Part shown: piece after piece, positions 22,868 to 31,229 of the stretch
Numbering within the stretch: the first letter of the stretch is position 1
Layout: each line of letters opens with the position of its first letter
Assembly: GCF_000619845.1 (NCBI RefSeq)
Contig: NZ_JHUX01000003.1
Span: forward strand, 310,064-342,063
Direction: 5' to 3'
DNA: 32,000 bases
DNA from: Alkanindiges illinoisensis DSM 15370
GTDB lineage: Bacteria > Pseudomonadota > Gammaproteobacteria > Pseudomonadales > Moraxellaceae
Program-made: the position numbers and the translations under genes
The notes under the pieces: model-generated
What the model saw: the letters and a program-made list of their open reading frames with translations, nothing else
The model's database searches: none
Told to the model about the DNA's origin: nothing

Positions 22868-23163
22868 GCAATAAACGATTAGCTCAATTTGTCCTTCAGC
22901 TTAACCACTTAAGATTGGCTCAGCCTATAGCTCCAATAGGATTTAAATCCAAACGCTATAGTCTAGCGATCTGGCTACACCAAAGCGGGTGCCTATAATG
23001 ATATTTTCTAAGGATACAATGAAGTCATTTCACTTTTTATGTTTGAACCCCACAGAACCTATGAAAGTGAATTTTTCTCATGATTTTTCTAAAAAAGATC
23101 ATTTTTATTCATGTTGTGATTCAGGTATAAATCCTCTTATAGAAATGAGGGGACCAGATCATC

Positions 23164-24141
23164 ATGAGTCAAGAGTTTACATTTGCGATTAAGCGCATTC
23201 ATTTTGATGAAAACTATCATCCGGCAGACAATACACGTCTCACTACTAACTTTGCGAATTTGGCCAGAGGAGAACATCGCCAGGAGAACTTGCGCAAAGC
23301 TTTAAAGATGATTGACAATCGTTTCAATGCCTTGGCGCACTGGGATAATCCTCACGCAGATCGTTATTCGGTCGAACTTGAAATTATTTCGGTTGATATT
23401 GATATTGAAGGTAATGGCAAGACTTTCCCTACCATTGAAATATTAAAAACCAATATCATTGATCACAAGAACAACCAGCGCATTGAAGGTATTGTTGGCA
23501 ACAATTTCTCCTCATATGTGCGCGATTATGATTTCAGTGTATTACTGCCAGAACATAATAAGCATCAAGCTCAATTTAGCACCCCAGAAAACTACGGCGA
23601 ACTGCATGGCAAAATCTTTAAAGCATTTGTGAACTCAAATGTTTATCAAGATAACTTTGCTAAATCACCTGTGATTTGTCTGAGTGTTTCAAGTAGCAAG
23701 ACTTATCATCGTACTGAAAACCAGCATCCTGTCCTCGGTGTGGAATATCAGCAAGATTCCTATTCTTTAACCGATGAATATTTCGCAAAAATGGGCTTGC
23801 AGGTTCGCTATTTTATGCCGCCAAACAGTGTTGCTCCTTTGGCATTTTATCATCGTGGTGATTTGCTCATTGATTATACGGATCTTGAGCTGATCGGCAC
23901 CATCAGCACCATGGAAACCTTTCAAAAGATTTACCGGCCTGAGATTTACAATGCCAATTCTGCAGCAGGGAAATATTATCAACCCAGCTTGAAATATCAG
24001 GATTATTCATTAACCCAGATTGTTTATGACCGGGAAGAACGTAGCCAGTTGGCGGTTAAGCAGGGCAAATTTACTGAACAGCACTTCATCAAGCCTTACC
24101 AGAAAATTCTTGAGCAATGGGCTGCCAATTATGCTGTTTAA
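23164..24141 (+). CDS. mesX: DUF1852-family protein (MesX-like partner of the core methionine synthase)
   Basis: This 325-aa soluble protein sits directly upstream of a short MetE-like gene and a flavin reductase. I recall that gene triad as characteristic of DUF1852 proteins in Acinetobacter and Pseudomonas. Family assignment is from memory of sequence and context, not from an HMM. Confidence 0.7.
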   Translation: MSQEFTFAIKRIHFDENYHPADNTRLTTNFANLARGEHRQENLRKALKMIDNRFNALAHWDNPHADRYSVELEIISVDIDIEGNGKTFPTIEILKTNIIDHKNNQRIEGIVGNNFSSYVRDYDFSVLLPEHNKHQAQFSTPENYGELHGKIFKAFVNSNVYQDNFAKSPVICLSVSSSKTYHRTENQHPVLGVEYQQDSYSLTDEYFAKMGLQVRYFMPPNSVAPLAFYHRGDLLIDYTDLELIGTISTMETFQKIYRPEIYNANSAAGKYYQPSLKYQDYSLTQIVYDREERSQLAVKQGKFTEQHFIKPYQKILEQWAANYAV

Positions 24142-24183
24142 GCTCTGATACATTTTAATTTCAAATAGATAAGATAATTAGTT

Positions 24184-25215
24184 ATGAAACGATTATTACC
24201 GACGTCAACAGCTGGCAGTTTACCCAAACCTTCCTGGCTTGCAGAGCCTGAGAAACTTTGGTCGCTCTGGAAACTACAGGATAGCGAATTGATTGATGGC
24301 AAACAGGATGCGTTACGTTTGGCATTGCAGGAACAGCAACAGGCTGGCATCGATATTGTCAGTGATGGCGAACAGACGCGCCAGCATTTTGTCACCACAT
24401 TTATTGAACACCTTAACGGCGTTGATTTTGAAAAACGTGAGACCGTGAGAATCCGTAATCGCTATGATGCGAGTGTACCCACTGTGGTGGGTGCGGTATC
24501 GCGTCAACAGCCCGTGTTTGTGGATGATGCGCGGTTTTTACGCTCGCTTACCGATCAACCGATTAAATGGGCACTACCTGGCCCGATGACCATGATTGAT
24601 ACGCTGTATGATGCGCATTATAAAAGCCGTGAAAAACTCGCCTGGGAATTTGCCAAAATCCTCAATGAAGAAGCCAAAGAGTTAGAGGCTGCTGGTGTGG
24701 ACATTATCCAGTTTGATGAACCTGCATTTAATGTGTTTTTTGATGAGGTAAATGACTGGGGTGTTGCTACTTTAGAGCGGGCACTTGAAGGACTAAAATG
24801 TGAAACTGCCGTGCATATTTGCTATGGCTATGGCATCAAGGCCAATACAGAGTGGAAAAAAACGCTGGGTTCAGAATGGCGGCAATATGAAGAAGCATTT
24901 CCGAAATTGCAACAGTCAAAAATCGATATCATTTCACTGGAGTGTCATAACTCACGTGTTCCAATCGACCTGCTTGAACTCATCCGCGGTAAAAAAGTGA
25001 TGGTCGGTGCTATTGACGTGGCTACCAACAGCATTGAAACCCCAGAGGAAGTTGCCGATACCCTGCGTAAAGCCCTTCAATTTGTCGATGCCGACAAGCT
25101 CTATCCGTCGACCAACTGTGGTATGACGCCTTTATCCCGTCAAGTTGCAAGAGGCAAGCTTAATGCATTAAGTGCCGGTGCAGAAATCGTCCGCAAAGAA
25201 CTCTTGGGCAAGTGA
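24184..25215 (+). CDS. mesD: Core (single-barrel) MetE-like methionine synthase, MesD-like
   Basis: At 343 aa it is less than half of the 753-aa E. coli MetE. It keeps the C-terminal-barrel zinc and homocysteine motifs: VHICYGYG (His-x-Cys), SLECHNS (Glu) and STNCGMTP (Cys). The N-terminus is PTSTAGSLPKPSWL. There is no N-terminal folate-binding barrel. Confidence 0.8.
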   Translation: MKRLLPTSTAGSLPKPSWLAEPEKLWSLWKLQDSELIDGKQDALRLALQEQQQAGIDIVSDGEQTRQHFVTTFIEHLNGVDFEKRETVRIRNRYDASVPTVVGAVSRQQPVFVDDARFLRSLTDQPIKWALPGPMTMIDTLYDAHYKSREKLAWEFAKILNEEAKELEAAGVDIIQFDEPAFNVFFDEVNDWGVATLERALEGLKCETAVHICYGYGIKANTEWKKTLGSEWRQYEEAFPKLQQSKIDIISLECHNSRVPIDLLELIRGKKVMVGAIDVATNSIETPEEVADTLRKALQFVDADKLYPSTNCGMTPLSRQVARGKLNALSAGAEIVRKELLGK

Positions 25216-25296
25216 TTACTGAGAGAGTAGGGCAAAAGAGTTCCCGTTTAACTGTATTTCAGGATTAAACGGGTCAATGTCATGAGGAACAATGTG

Positions 25297-25839
25297 ATGA
25301 TTGAAGCAACAGACTTTAGACATGCCATGGCGTTGTTAAGCAGTGCGGTCAATGTCATTACCACAGCAGGGCTGTCTGGTCGTTATGGATTCACGGCATC
25401 TGCGGTGTGTGGTGTCTCTGATACACCCGCAAGCTTACTGGTCTGTATGAATAAAGCTTCCCGGTCACATGGGCATTTTATAGACAATAAAATTTTAACG
25501 GTGAATGTTTTAGGCGCGCAGCATCAGCATCTTTCCCATGCATTTTCATCCGGTATGAGTTCAGAAGAGCGCTTTAAACAAGGCGTTTGGACAGAACTGG
25601 AAACGGGCGCCCCCGTCTTGGCAGATGCTCTGGTGAGTTTTGACTGTGAGATTGAGCAGATTCAGGAAGTCGGAACCCATACTATTTTTATCTGTCGTAT
25701 TGTTGCGATTCAACACGGTCAACAAGAGCAAGGCCAGCAGGATCAGGGTCTGGTTTATTTTAATCGTGGCTATCATCAAATTGGTCATCATGTCGGGCCT
25801 CAAGTTGGCCATCAGGTGGGGCAGGCCGAAACTGCTTAA
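25297..25839 (+). CDS. NAD(P)H-flavin reductase (flavin reductase-like domain)
   Basis: MIEATDFRHAMALLSSAVNVITT...FTASAVCGVSDTPASLLVCMNK...FDCEIEQIQEVGTHTIFICRIV is typical of HpaC/RutF-like flavin reductases. ATG 25297 has a GAGGA 8 nt upstream; the track start at 25282 is the alternative. The C-terminal tail is unusual, Gln/His/Gly-rich: QQEQGQQDQG...HHVGPQVGHQVGQ. Confidence 0.8.
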   Translation: MIEATDFRHAMALLSSAVNVITTAGLSGRYGFTASAVCGVSDTPASLLVCMNKASRSHGHFIDNKILTVNVLGAQHQHLSHAFSSGMSSEERFKQGVWTELETGAPVLADALVSFDCEIEQIQEVGTHTIFICRIVAIQHGQQEQGQQDQGLVYFNRGYHQIGHHVGPQVGHQVGQAETA

Positions 25840-25881
25840 GCCTACTGGTTATTTCATTTAAAACTTTCAAGTCAGTATATC

Positions 25882-26682
25882 GTGGAATTAATCATTTTCT
25901 TTGCAATTGGTGCATTAGCGGGATTTGCCGCAGGACTGTTTGGTGTTGGTGGTGGAACGATTATCGTGCCCCTGTTGTATGTGGTCTTTACCCAAATGGG
26001 CTATGACCCTGAAGTGATCATGCATATGGCGCTAGGAACGTCGTTAGCGACCATTATCGTGACATCGATAAGTTCATTAATGGCACACCATAAAAATGGT
26101 GCAGTCATCTGGCCGGTATTTAAAAACCTGACACCAGGGATGGCTTTAGGATCTTTTTTAGGGGCAGGTATTGCAGGGCTGCTGTCTGGCGCACATTTGC
26201 AACTGATTATCGGTGTGTTCGTGATCTGGGTGGCTTACACCATGTTTGCTGGTGCAAAAAAGGTCATAGATCAGAACAAAGTACTGCCATCAACCCCTAA
26301 ACAAGTCGTTGCAGGGACGGGAATCGGTGTTGCATCAGCAATTTTTGGGATTGGCGGCGGGAGCTTAACTGTACCTTATCTCAATCATTATGGTGTGGTC
26401 ATGCAAAAGGCCGTTGGCACATCAGCCGCATGTGGTTTACCGATCGCGATTGCAGGTGCTTTGGGCTTTATGTTTTTTGGTATGAAAGACCAGATTAATG
26501 TGCCAAATACGATTGGCTTTGTACATATTTATGCATTCTTAGGGATTAGCATCATGAGTTTTTTTACCGCAAAACTCGGTGCAAAAACAGCTCATGCATT
26601 ATCACCAGCCGTACTTAAAAAATGCTTTGCTGTATTGTTATTGATCGTCGGCTGTTTTTTCATCTTTAAGGGATTACATTGA
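25882..26682 (+). CDS. TauE/SafE-family (DUF81) anion permease
   Basis: 266-aa polytopic membrane protein with two internal halves, each starting with a G(V/I)GGG(T/S) motif (GLFGVGGGTIIVP and AIFGIGGGSLTVP). Confidence 0.8.
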   Translation: MELIIFFAIGALAGFAAGLFGVGGGTIIVPLLYVVFTQMGYDPEVIMHMALGTSLATIIVTSISSLMAHHKNGAVIWPVFKNLTPGMALGSFLGAGIAGLLSGAHLQLIIGVFVIWVAYTMFAGAKKVIDQNKVLPSTPKQVVAGTGIGVASAIFGIGGGSLTVPYLNHYGVVMQKAVGTSAACGLPIAIAGALGFMFFGMKDQINVPNTIGFVHIYAFLGISIMSFFTAKLGAKTAHALSPAVLKKCFAVLLLIVGCFFIFKGLH

Positions 26683-26705
26683 GATAGAGTCAGTTCATTT
26701 TCTAT

Positions 26706-27136
26706 GGGTCTTAGGAAGTTAGAGGGGGCTATTACGGAGTATAATTTAAGCAAATCGAGGTATAAAGTACCATTCCGAGGATTGAAGCGATACTCTGTTT
26801 CTTTAAGATGCAAATAAAACATCTTTTTGTCAATTCCATTAAACTTAATGAGTCTCTTTTTAGCATAGTCCCAGAATGATTCTAACCCGTTAATATGACG
26901 CTCCCCATTGGCAAACTCATTATCTCTATGATGCTTGTCAAAGCCAATGTCGACCAGACCATCATAGCCTCTCCAGCCATCAGTTTTGCTATCTTACGCA
27001 GTAAAATCCATTGTAAAAAAGCGAACAATCTGCCTGAATTTTGCTTCTGTAATTCTTGAACGAGAATATTATCTATTTTTTGCTTTCATATAAGGAAGTT
27101 ACCATACTTTTTAATATGCTTAACTTCCTAAGACCC
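26706..27136 (-). mobile_element. Internally deleted IS1595-family insertion sequence (431 bp, non-autonomous)
   Basis: The terminal inverted repeats are perfect over 16 bp: gggtcttaggaagtta (26706-26721) and taacttcctaagaccc (27121-27136). On the minus strand an N-terminal fragment reads MKAKNR*YSRSRITEAKFRQIVRFFTMDFTA*. It joins a C-terminal fragment reading DGWRGYDGLVDIGFDKHHRDNEFANGERHINGLESFWDYAKKRLIKFNGIDKKMFYLHLKETEYRFNPRNGTLYLDLLKL. Both match ISXO2-like/IS1595 transposase patterns, and the DDE core is missing. Confidence 0.8.
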
Positions 27137-27235
27137 AATTTTAAATCACCATTGGCCTATTATGTCGTGTATCGGCCTGAATCAGCCAGTTTGCCGCGTT
27201 TTGGGGCTTTTAAGGACTGGCTCATTCTGAAGTGA
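27137..27235 (+). pseudogene. LysR-family regulator, C-terminal stub truncated at the IS boundary
   Basis: The frame reads NFKSPLAYYVVYRPESASLPRFGAFKDWLILK* starting exactly at the IS end. This is a typical GcvA-type LysR C-terminus. No 5' part lies on the other side of the IS. Confidence 0.5.
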
Positions 27236-27318
27236 ATCAGGTTAAATAAATAGCATTTTTTAAAGGTATGATGTTGATCTGCTTAACTGTTGTGATGATC
27301 AACTTCCCGGGTTAGCAG

Positions 27319-27768
27319 GTGATGTATTTGATGGCCGGGCCATTAATTATGGTAGCAACTTTTGTAGGTTTTATTGGCGCCTATACCCATGCACTATTTG
27401 GCCCGGAACTGCTGTTTGTGGGTGGCGCGCTGGCTGCAGTCATTGTCACCTGGTTTACGTTTTTGCCTTCTTTCCTGTTTATTCTGGCTGGTGGGCCACT
27501 GATTGAATCTACGCATAATGATATTAAATTTACTGCACTACTGACTGCCATTACGGCTGCTGTGGTTGGCGTCATTTTAAATCTGGCGCTATTGTTTGGT
27601 TATCACGTGTTTTGGCCAAAAGGATTTGCAGGGAGCTTTGACTGGATATCGGCTTTGATTGCTTTGGGTGCGGCAATAACGTTGTTCCATTACGAGCAAA
27701 ATGTGATTCAGGTGATTATTGCTTGTGCCCTGATCGGACTAGTCTTGAGTTATATCCAGCTACCATAA
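27319..27768 (+). CDS. Chromate-transporter (CHR) family membrane protein, probably a 5'-truncated remnant
   Basis: The segment AGPLIMVATFVGFIGAY...FLPSFLFILAGGP...VVGVILNLAL fits a CHR-family half-domain. The (P/A)GP motif sits at residues 7-9, whereas I recall it about 50 aa in for short CHR proteins. An in-frame TAG lies at 27313 just upstream. Confidence 0.5.
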   Translation: MMYLMAGPLIMVATFVGFIGAYTHALFGPELLFVGGALAAVIVTWFTFLPSFLFILAGGPLIESTHNDIKFTALLTAITAAVVGVILNLALLFGYHVFWPKGFAGSFDWISALIALGAAITLFHYEQNVIQVIIACALIGLVLSYIQLP

Positions 27769-28161
27769 TCAGATTTAATGGATGAGAGAACGCTTTATGG
27801 TCACTTGCTCATAAAGCCAGTGATTCGAAAAATCTCTGCTACTGGAGTTATAGTTATTTGAGCTATAGCCAAATTTTGCAGTCATATTCTCGAGCGCTTT
27901 ATATCTTAAAAAATATCCAGTTTGTCCATTTGGTTCCAATGATGCTGGTGTTTGGTTTTATACTGAAGGGCGCCAGCAGGGGAAAATACAGCCTGATAGC
28001 AGATAATGACTGAAAGGGTATTGACCATAATTTATTCATTTATCATTTAAAAGTAAGTGTTATCATCAAACGGGATATAGCAACGGCGCATTGCCAGCGT
28101 TACATTTAACAGCGTCAATATAAGTGTGTAAAGTCATAACAGTCTAAACGAGGAATACAGC

Positions 28162-28722
28162 ATGTTCAGGGAAAGCAAATTTTTAGCCTTAGCGCTTACA
28201 CTGGTCATGAGTGGCGTGGCGCAGGCTGCCATTTATAAGACAACCGATGCCAAAGGCAATGTGGTGTACACCGACTCACCATCCAGGGAAGCTAAAACTG
28301 TTGATTTGCCGCCGCTATCCATTGTACCGAGTTTAAGTGCCGAGCAAATTGCACAGGCAAATGCCACTAATCAAGCCGCTGCACAGCCTGCTGCCATTCG
28401 TTACCAGCTCAAGTTTGCACAACCTGCTGCTGAACAAACCGTACGCAAGCCTGATCCAATTGGTGTGACAGTTAATATCCAGCCTGCATTGGCCAATGGC
28501 GATAATATGTCAATTTTGCTGGATGGCATCGTGGTTGCCAATGGTAATGGTGTTACGATTTCTACTGAACAAATGGATCGGGGAGCACATAGCCTGGCCG
28601 CACGGGTAACCAATTCGGCAGGTAAGGTCGTTAGTGAAGTCAGCACCACCGTTTATGTGCAGCAAAATAGTGTCAATTCGCCTGCAAGTCAGGCAAACAG
28701 ACCAGCGCCAGCCAAACGATAG
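28162..28722 (+). CDS. Secreted DUF4124-domain protein
   Basis: The signal peptide is FLALALTLVMSGVAQA. It is followed by IYKTTDAKGNVVYTDSP, the characteristic DUF4124 start. Confidence 0.75.
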   Translation: MFRESKFLALALTLVMSGVAQAAIYKTTDAKGNVVYTDSPSREAKTVDLPPLSIVPSLSAEQIAQANATNQAAAQPAAIRYQLKFAQPAAEQTVRKPDPIGVTVNIQPALANGDNMSILLDGIVVANGNGVTISTEQMDRGAHSLAARVTNSAGKVVSEVSTTVYVQQNSVNSPASQANRPAPAKR

Positions 28723-28803
28723 CCGTTTTTATAAACAGCACTAATTGTCAAGCTGGTGTTAAGCGTGTAAAACACTAAGGTAAATTCCACATGCCTGAGT
28801 TGT

Positions 28804-29340
28804 ATGCCTGCTAATTTATCTCATCATTTGGTGCGCTGGCATACTTCCAGACGACGATTTAATCCGTCATTATCCCATATTCCGGCTGAAATCAGGCCGT
28901 GGTTAGTGGCAAATGGTTCCTTAACCCGCCAGTTAACCCAGCTTGCGGGTGGTCAGTTTCGGGTGGAGCCATTCCGGCAGGGTTTTGAGCGTATTTACCT
29001 GCATGAAAGCCAACTGATGCAAACTGCAGTTGACCAGCAGGCCTGGGTGCGTGAAGTGTATCTGTATGGCTGTGAAGCGCAGCCCTGGGTAAAAGCGCGC
29101 AGTATTATTCCGGTACAGTCATTAAAAGGGCAGGGCTTGCGTCTGCGTTACCTAAAAAACCGGTCTTTGGGTTCTCTGCTGTTTGCCCGTACTGCACCGC
29201 AGTGTATTCGCCAGATTGCCTTGTTACCCGAAGGTTGGACACGCCGTAGCCTGTATATCTGGCATCAGCGTCCACTGATCGTTCAGGAAACTTTTTTACC
29301 GGGCTTTCAGCATTATTTGCTCAATCATTCCCAGCTTTAA
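28804..29340 (+). CDS. ubiC: Chorismate pyruvate-lyase
   Basis: GSLTRQL, WVREVYLYG..QPWVKARSIIP, SLGSLLF, W.RRS and PLIVQETFLP parallel E. coli UbiC blocks. It lies directly upstream of ubiA. Confidence 0.85.
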   Translation: MPANLSHHLVRWHTSRRRFNPSLSHIPAEIRPWLVANGSLTRQLTQLAGGQFRVEPFRQGFERIYLHESQLMQTAVDQQAWVREVYLYGCEAQPWVKARSIIPVQSLKGQGLRLRYLKNRSLGSLLFARTAPQCIRQIALLPEGWTRRSLYIWHQRPLIVQETFLPGFQHYLLNHSQL

Positions 29341-29425
29341 CTTGCCAAAGCCATGACAAAACTTACGATCCCAACAATCGCGACCATAAAAATTCTGACT
29401 ATAAAAATCATGACAAGAGGTTGCC

Positions 29426-30325
29426 ATGCAGCTTGATACGCCGCCCAGTTTGTCTCCTCTCAATTGGCAACAGCGCCTAAAGGCCTATATTCAATTGACC
29501 CGTTTTGACAAGCCTATCGGCACAGAGCTGTTATTATGGCCGACTTTTTGGGCGGTATGGATTGCAGCAGAAGGTCATCCCAGTTTTAAAATTGTGCTAA
29601 TTCTGTTTTTAGGCGTGATATTCATGCGCGCTGCTGGCTGTGCCATTAATGACTTTGCCGACCGCAAGGTGGATGGCCGGGTTGAACGTACCAAACATCG
29701 GCCATTGCCCAGTGGCCTCATTTCTGCCAAAGAAGCCCTAGGGGTATTTGCAGTATTGGTGCTGGCTAGTGCCAGTCTATTACTGTTTTTGCCAATTCAA
29801 GCATTCTACTGGTCATTTGGCGCATTGGGGCTGGCCGCAATTTATCCCTTTATGAAACGCTATACCTACCTGCCACAGTTTGTACTGGGTGCAGCGTTTT
29901 CATGGGCGATACCAATGGCTTATGTGGCACAGGGCCAGACACCGGATTTGTCGTGCTGGTTATTATATAGTGCCAATCTGTTATGGACGGTGGCTTATGA
30001 CACGCAATATGCCATGACCGATCGCCCAGATGATCTTAAGATTGGCGTAAAGTCCACTGCCATTCTGTTTGGCAAATATGACCTCACTATTATTGCCCTG
30101 TTGCAATTGGCGAGCCTTGGCCTGCTGGCATGGGTATTTGATTTACATCATCTATTCAATGGATTTACTGGATGGGCTACCCTTGCCATTGTGCTTGGAC
30201 TGTTTATTTTTCAACTGGTAAAGACACTGGATCGGCAACCTGCACATACTTTCTGGGCATTTCGGCACAATCGCTGGGTTGGATTGGTAATCTGGCTGGG
30301 CATTGTTACCAGTTACTTGCTATAG
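29426..30325 (+). CDS. ubiA: 4-hydroxybenzoate polyprenyltransferase
   Basis: It carries the UbiA prenyltransferase motifs [20 protein letters not shown] and [17 protein letters not shown]. It is a 299-aa polytopic protein. Confidence 0.95.
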   Translation: MQLDTPPSLSPLNWQQRLKAYIQLTRFDKPIGTELLLWPTFWAVWIAAEGHPSFKIVLILFLGVIFMRAAGCAINDFADRKVDGRVERTKHRPLPSGLISAKEALGVFAVLVLASASLLLFLPIQAFYWSFGALGLAAIYPFMKRYTYLPQFVLGAAFSWAIPMAYVAQGQTPDLSCWLLYSANLLWTVAYDTQYAMTDRPDDLKIGVKSTAILFGKYDLTIIALLQLASLGLLAWVFDLHHLFNGFTGWATLAIVLGLFIFQLVKTLDRQPAHTFWAFRHNRWVGLVIWLGIVTSYLL

Positions 30326-30400
30326 CATGAAATTTCTATCGATGCCTTAAAGTGAATTGTTAAAAAGCTTATCTATATTAAGTAGCCTTTGGCGCTGCCT

Positions 30401-30450
30401 TGTTTACGCTTTACTACGCTTGTTTACCTGTTGTCTACGTTGGCTACAGT
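30401..30450. repeat. Five degenerate tandem decamers (helically phased yTAC repeats)
   Basis: The decamers are tgtttacgct, ttactacgct, tgtttacctg, ttgtctacgt and tggctacagt. TAC recurs at 30405, 30415, 30425, 30436 and 30445. The array lies about 100 nt upstream of the next ORF. Confidence 0.45.
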
Positions 30451-30550
30451 TGGAGGATATGTCTTATACAGGAGTACATCAGCATTAACATTTGGTTTTG
30501 CTATGCTTAATCTCATCAAGACGCAATACAAATTTGAGATGAGGTAAGTG

Positions 30551-30982
30551 ATGACTACGACGAATAATACAAAATCTAATTTAACAAATAATCAATTAAA
30601 TCAGGATGCTAATGTTAAGCAGAGTTTAACCAATCCTCAAGCTGATGCTAATCAGGCATCAGCCAGCCAAGACCGCACTGCCAATGCTGTATTTGGAAAT
30701 GATCAGGTGAGTTCACGTCAGGTAGAAGGTTTAACAGATACTGATGAGTTGAGCGAGCAAATGGCAAAGAACGCTGAAGATTTTGATAAAAGCCCGGAAA
30801 ATGCCTTAAACGAGCAAGGTGCAGCTAACCAGGCCAAAACTGAACAGAATAATGGCAGCGCAGGTAACCAGAAAATCCGCAATGCAGTTGAGCATCTCAA
30901 TGAAGATAAACTAAAGGATAATGTGCTGGAGCAGGATGAAAGAGGTACAGTAGACATACCCACGCCTGCATCGCCTGATTGA
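30551..30982 (+). CDS. Low-complexity acidic Asn/Gln-rich hypothetical protein
   Basis: 143-144 aa with a GAGG Shine-Dalgarno before GTG 30548/ATG 30551. No hydrophobic segment is present and the protein is predicted disordered. A strong terminator follows. Confidence 0.5.
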   Translation: MTTTNNTKSNLTNNQLNQDANVKQSLTNPQADANQASASQDRTANAVFGNDQVSSRQVEGLTDTDELSEQMAKNAEDFDKSPENALNEQGAANQAKTEQNNGSAGNQKIRNAVEHLNEDKLKDNVLEQDERGTVDIPTPASPD

Positions 30983-31055
30983 TTTAAGCTGTTTAGAATA
31001 TATTAATTTATAGTTTAAGAATTCATAATAATAACAAAAACAACCAGTTAACCCC

Positions 31056-31092
31056 ACACCATAAATCCCCAAAAATTTATGGTGTTTTTTTT
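31056..31092 (+). terminator. Rho-independent terminator
   Basis: Stem acaccataaat (31056-31066) pairs with atttatggtgt (31075-31085), followed by T8. Confidence 0.85.
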
Positions 31093-31229
31093 ATGTCAAA
31101 TTTCAGCATGACTTAATAGTCATTATTTTTATGATGCACGATCATTTGTTCGGGTATTTTATAAGTTCTCCTTAATTAACTCATAGTTAAAGAGAGCAAT
31201 ATTTAAAATACGTTTATGGATGAAAACGC

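Noticed and set aside
22989-23192. A 67-aa ORF upstream of, and overlapping, the DUF1852 gene start. A TGAA...TTCA-like MetR-box look-alike near 23060-23085 was also noted.
   Set aside because: The ORF is AT-rich, has no Shine-Dalgarno and overlaps a better gene start. The palindrome is weak and lies in AT-rich DNA, so I cannot support a regulator site from sequence alone.
26592-26822. A 76-aa minus-strand ORF spanning the TauE 3' end.
   Set aside because: It is a chimera. Its N-terminal part is the C-terminal fragment of the decayed IS1595 transposase, reading out through the IS end into antisense TauE sequence. It is annotated as part of the mobile-element remnant.
27790-27900. A 36-codon minus-strand ORF (MTAKFGYSSNNYNSSSRDF...) in the gap between the CHR gene and the DUF4124 gene.
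   Set aside because: It is too short and low-complexity, with no recognisable signals. It cannot be supported without expression or conservation data.
29381-29410. The near-tandem 12-mers gaccataaaaat/gactataaaaat between ubiC and ubiA.
   Set aside because: There are only two copies, in a short AT-rich spacer. The simplest reading is chance or a simple promoter/UP-like element, and I cannot propose a testable function beyond that.
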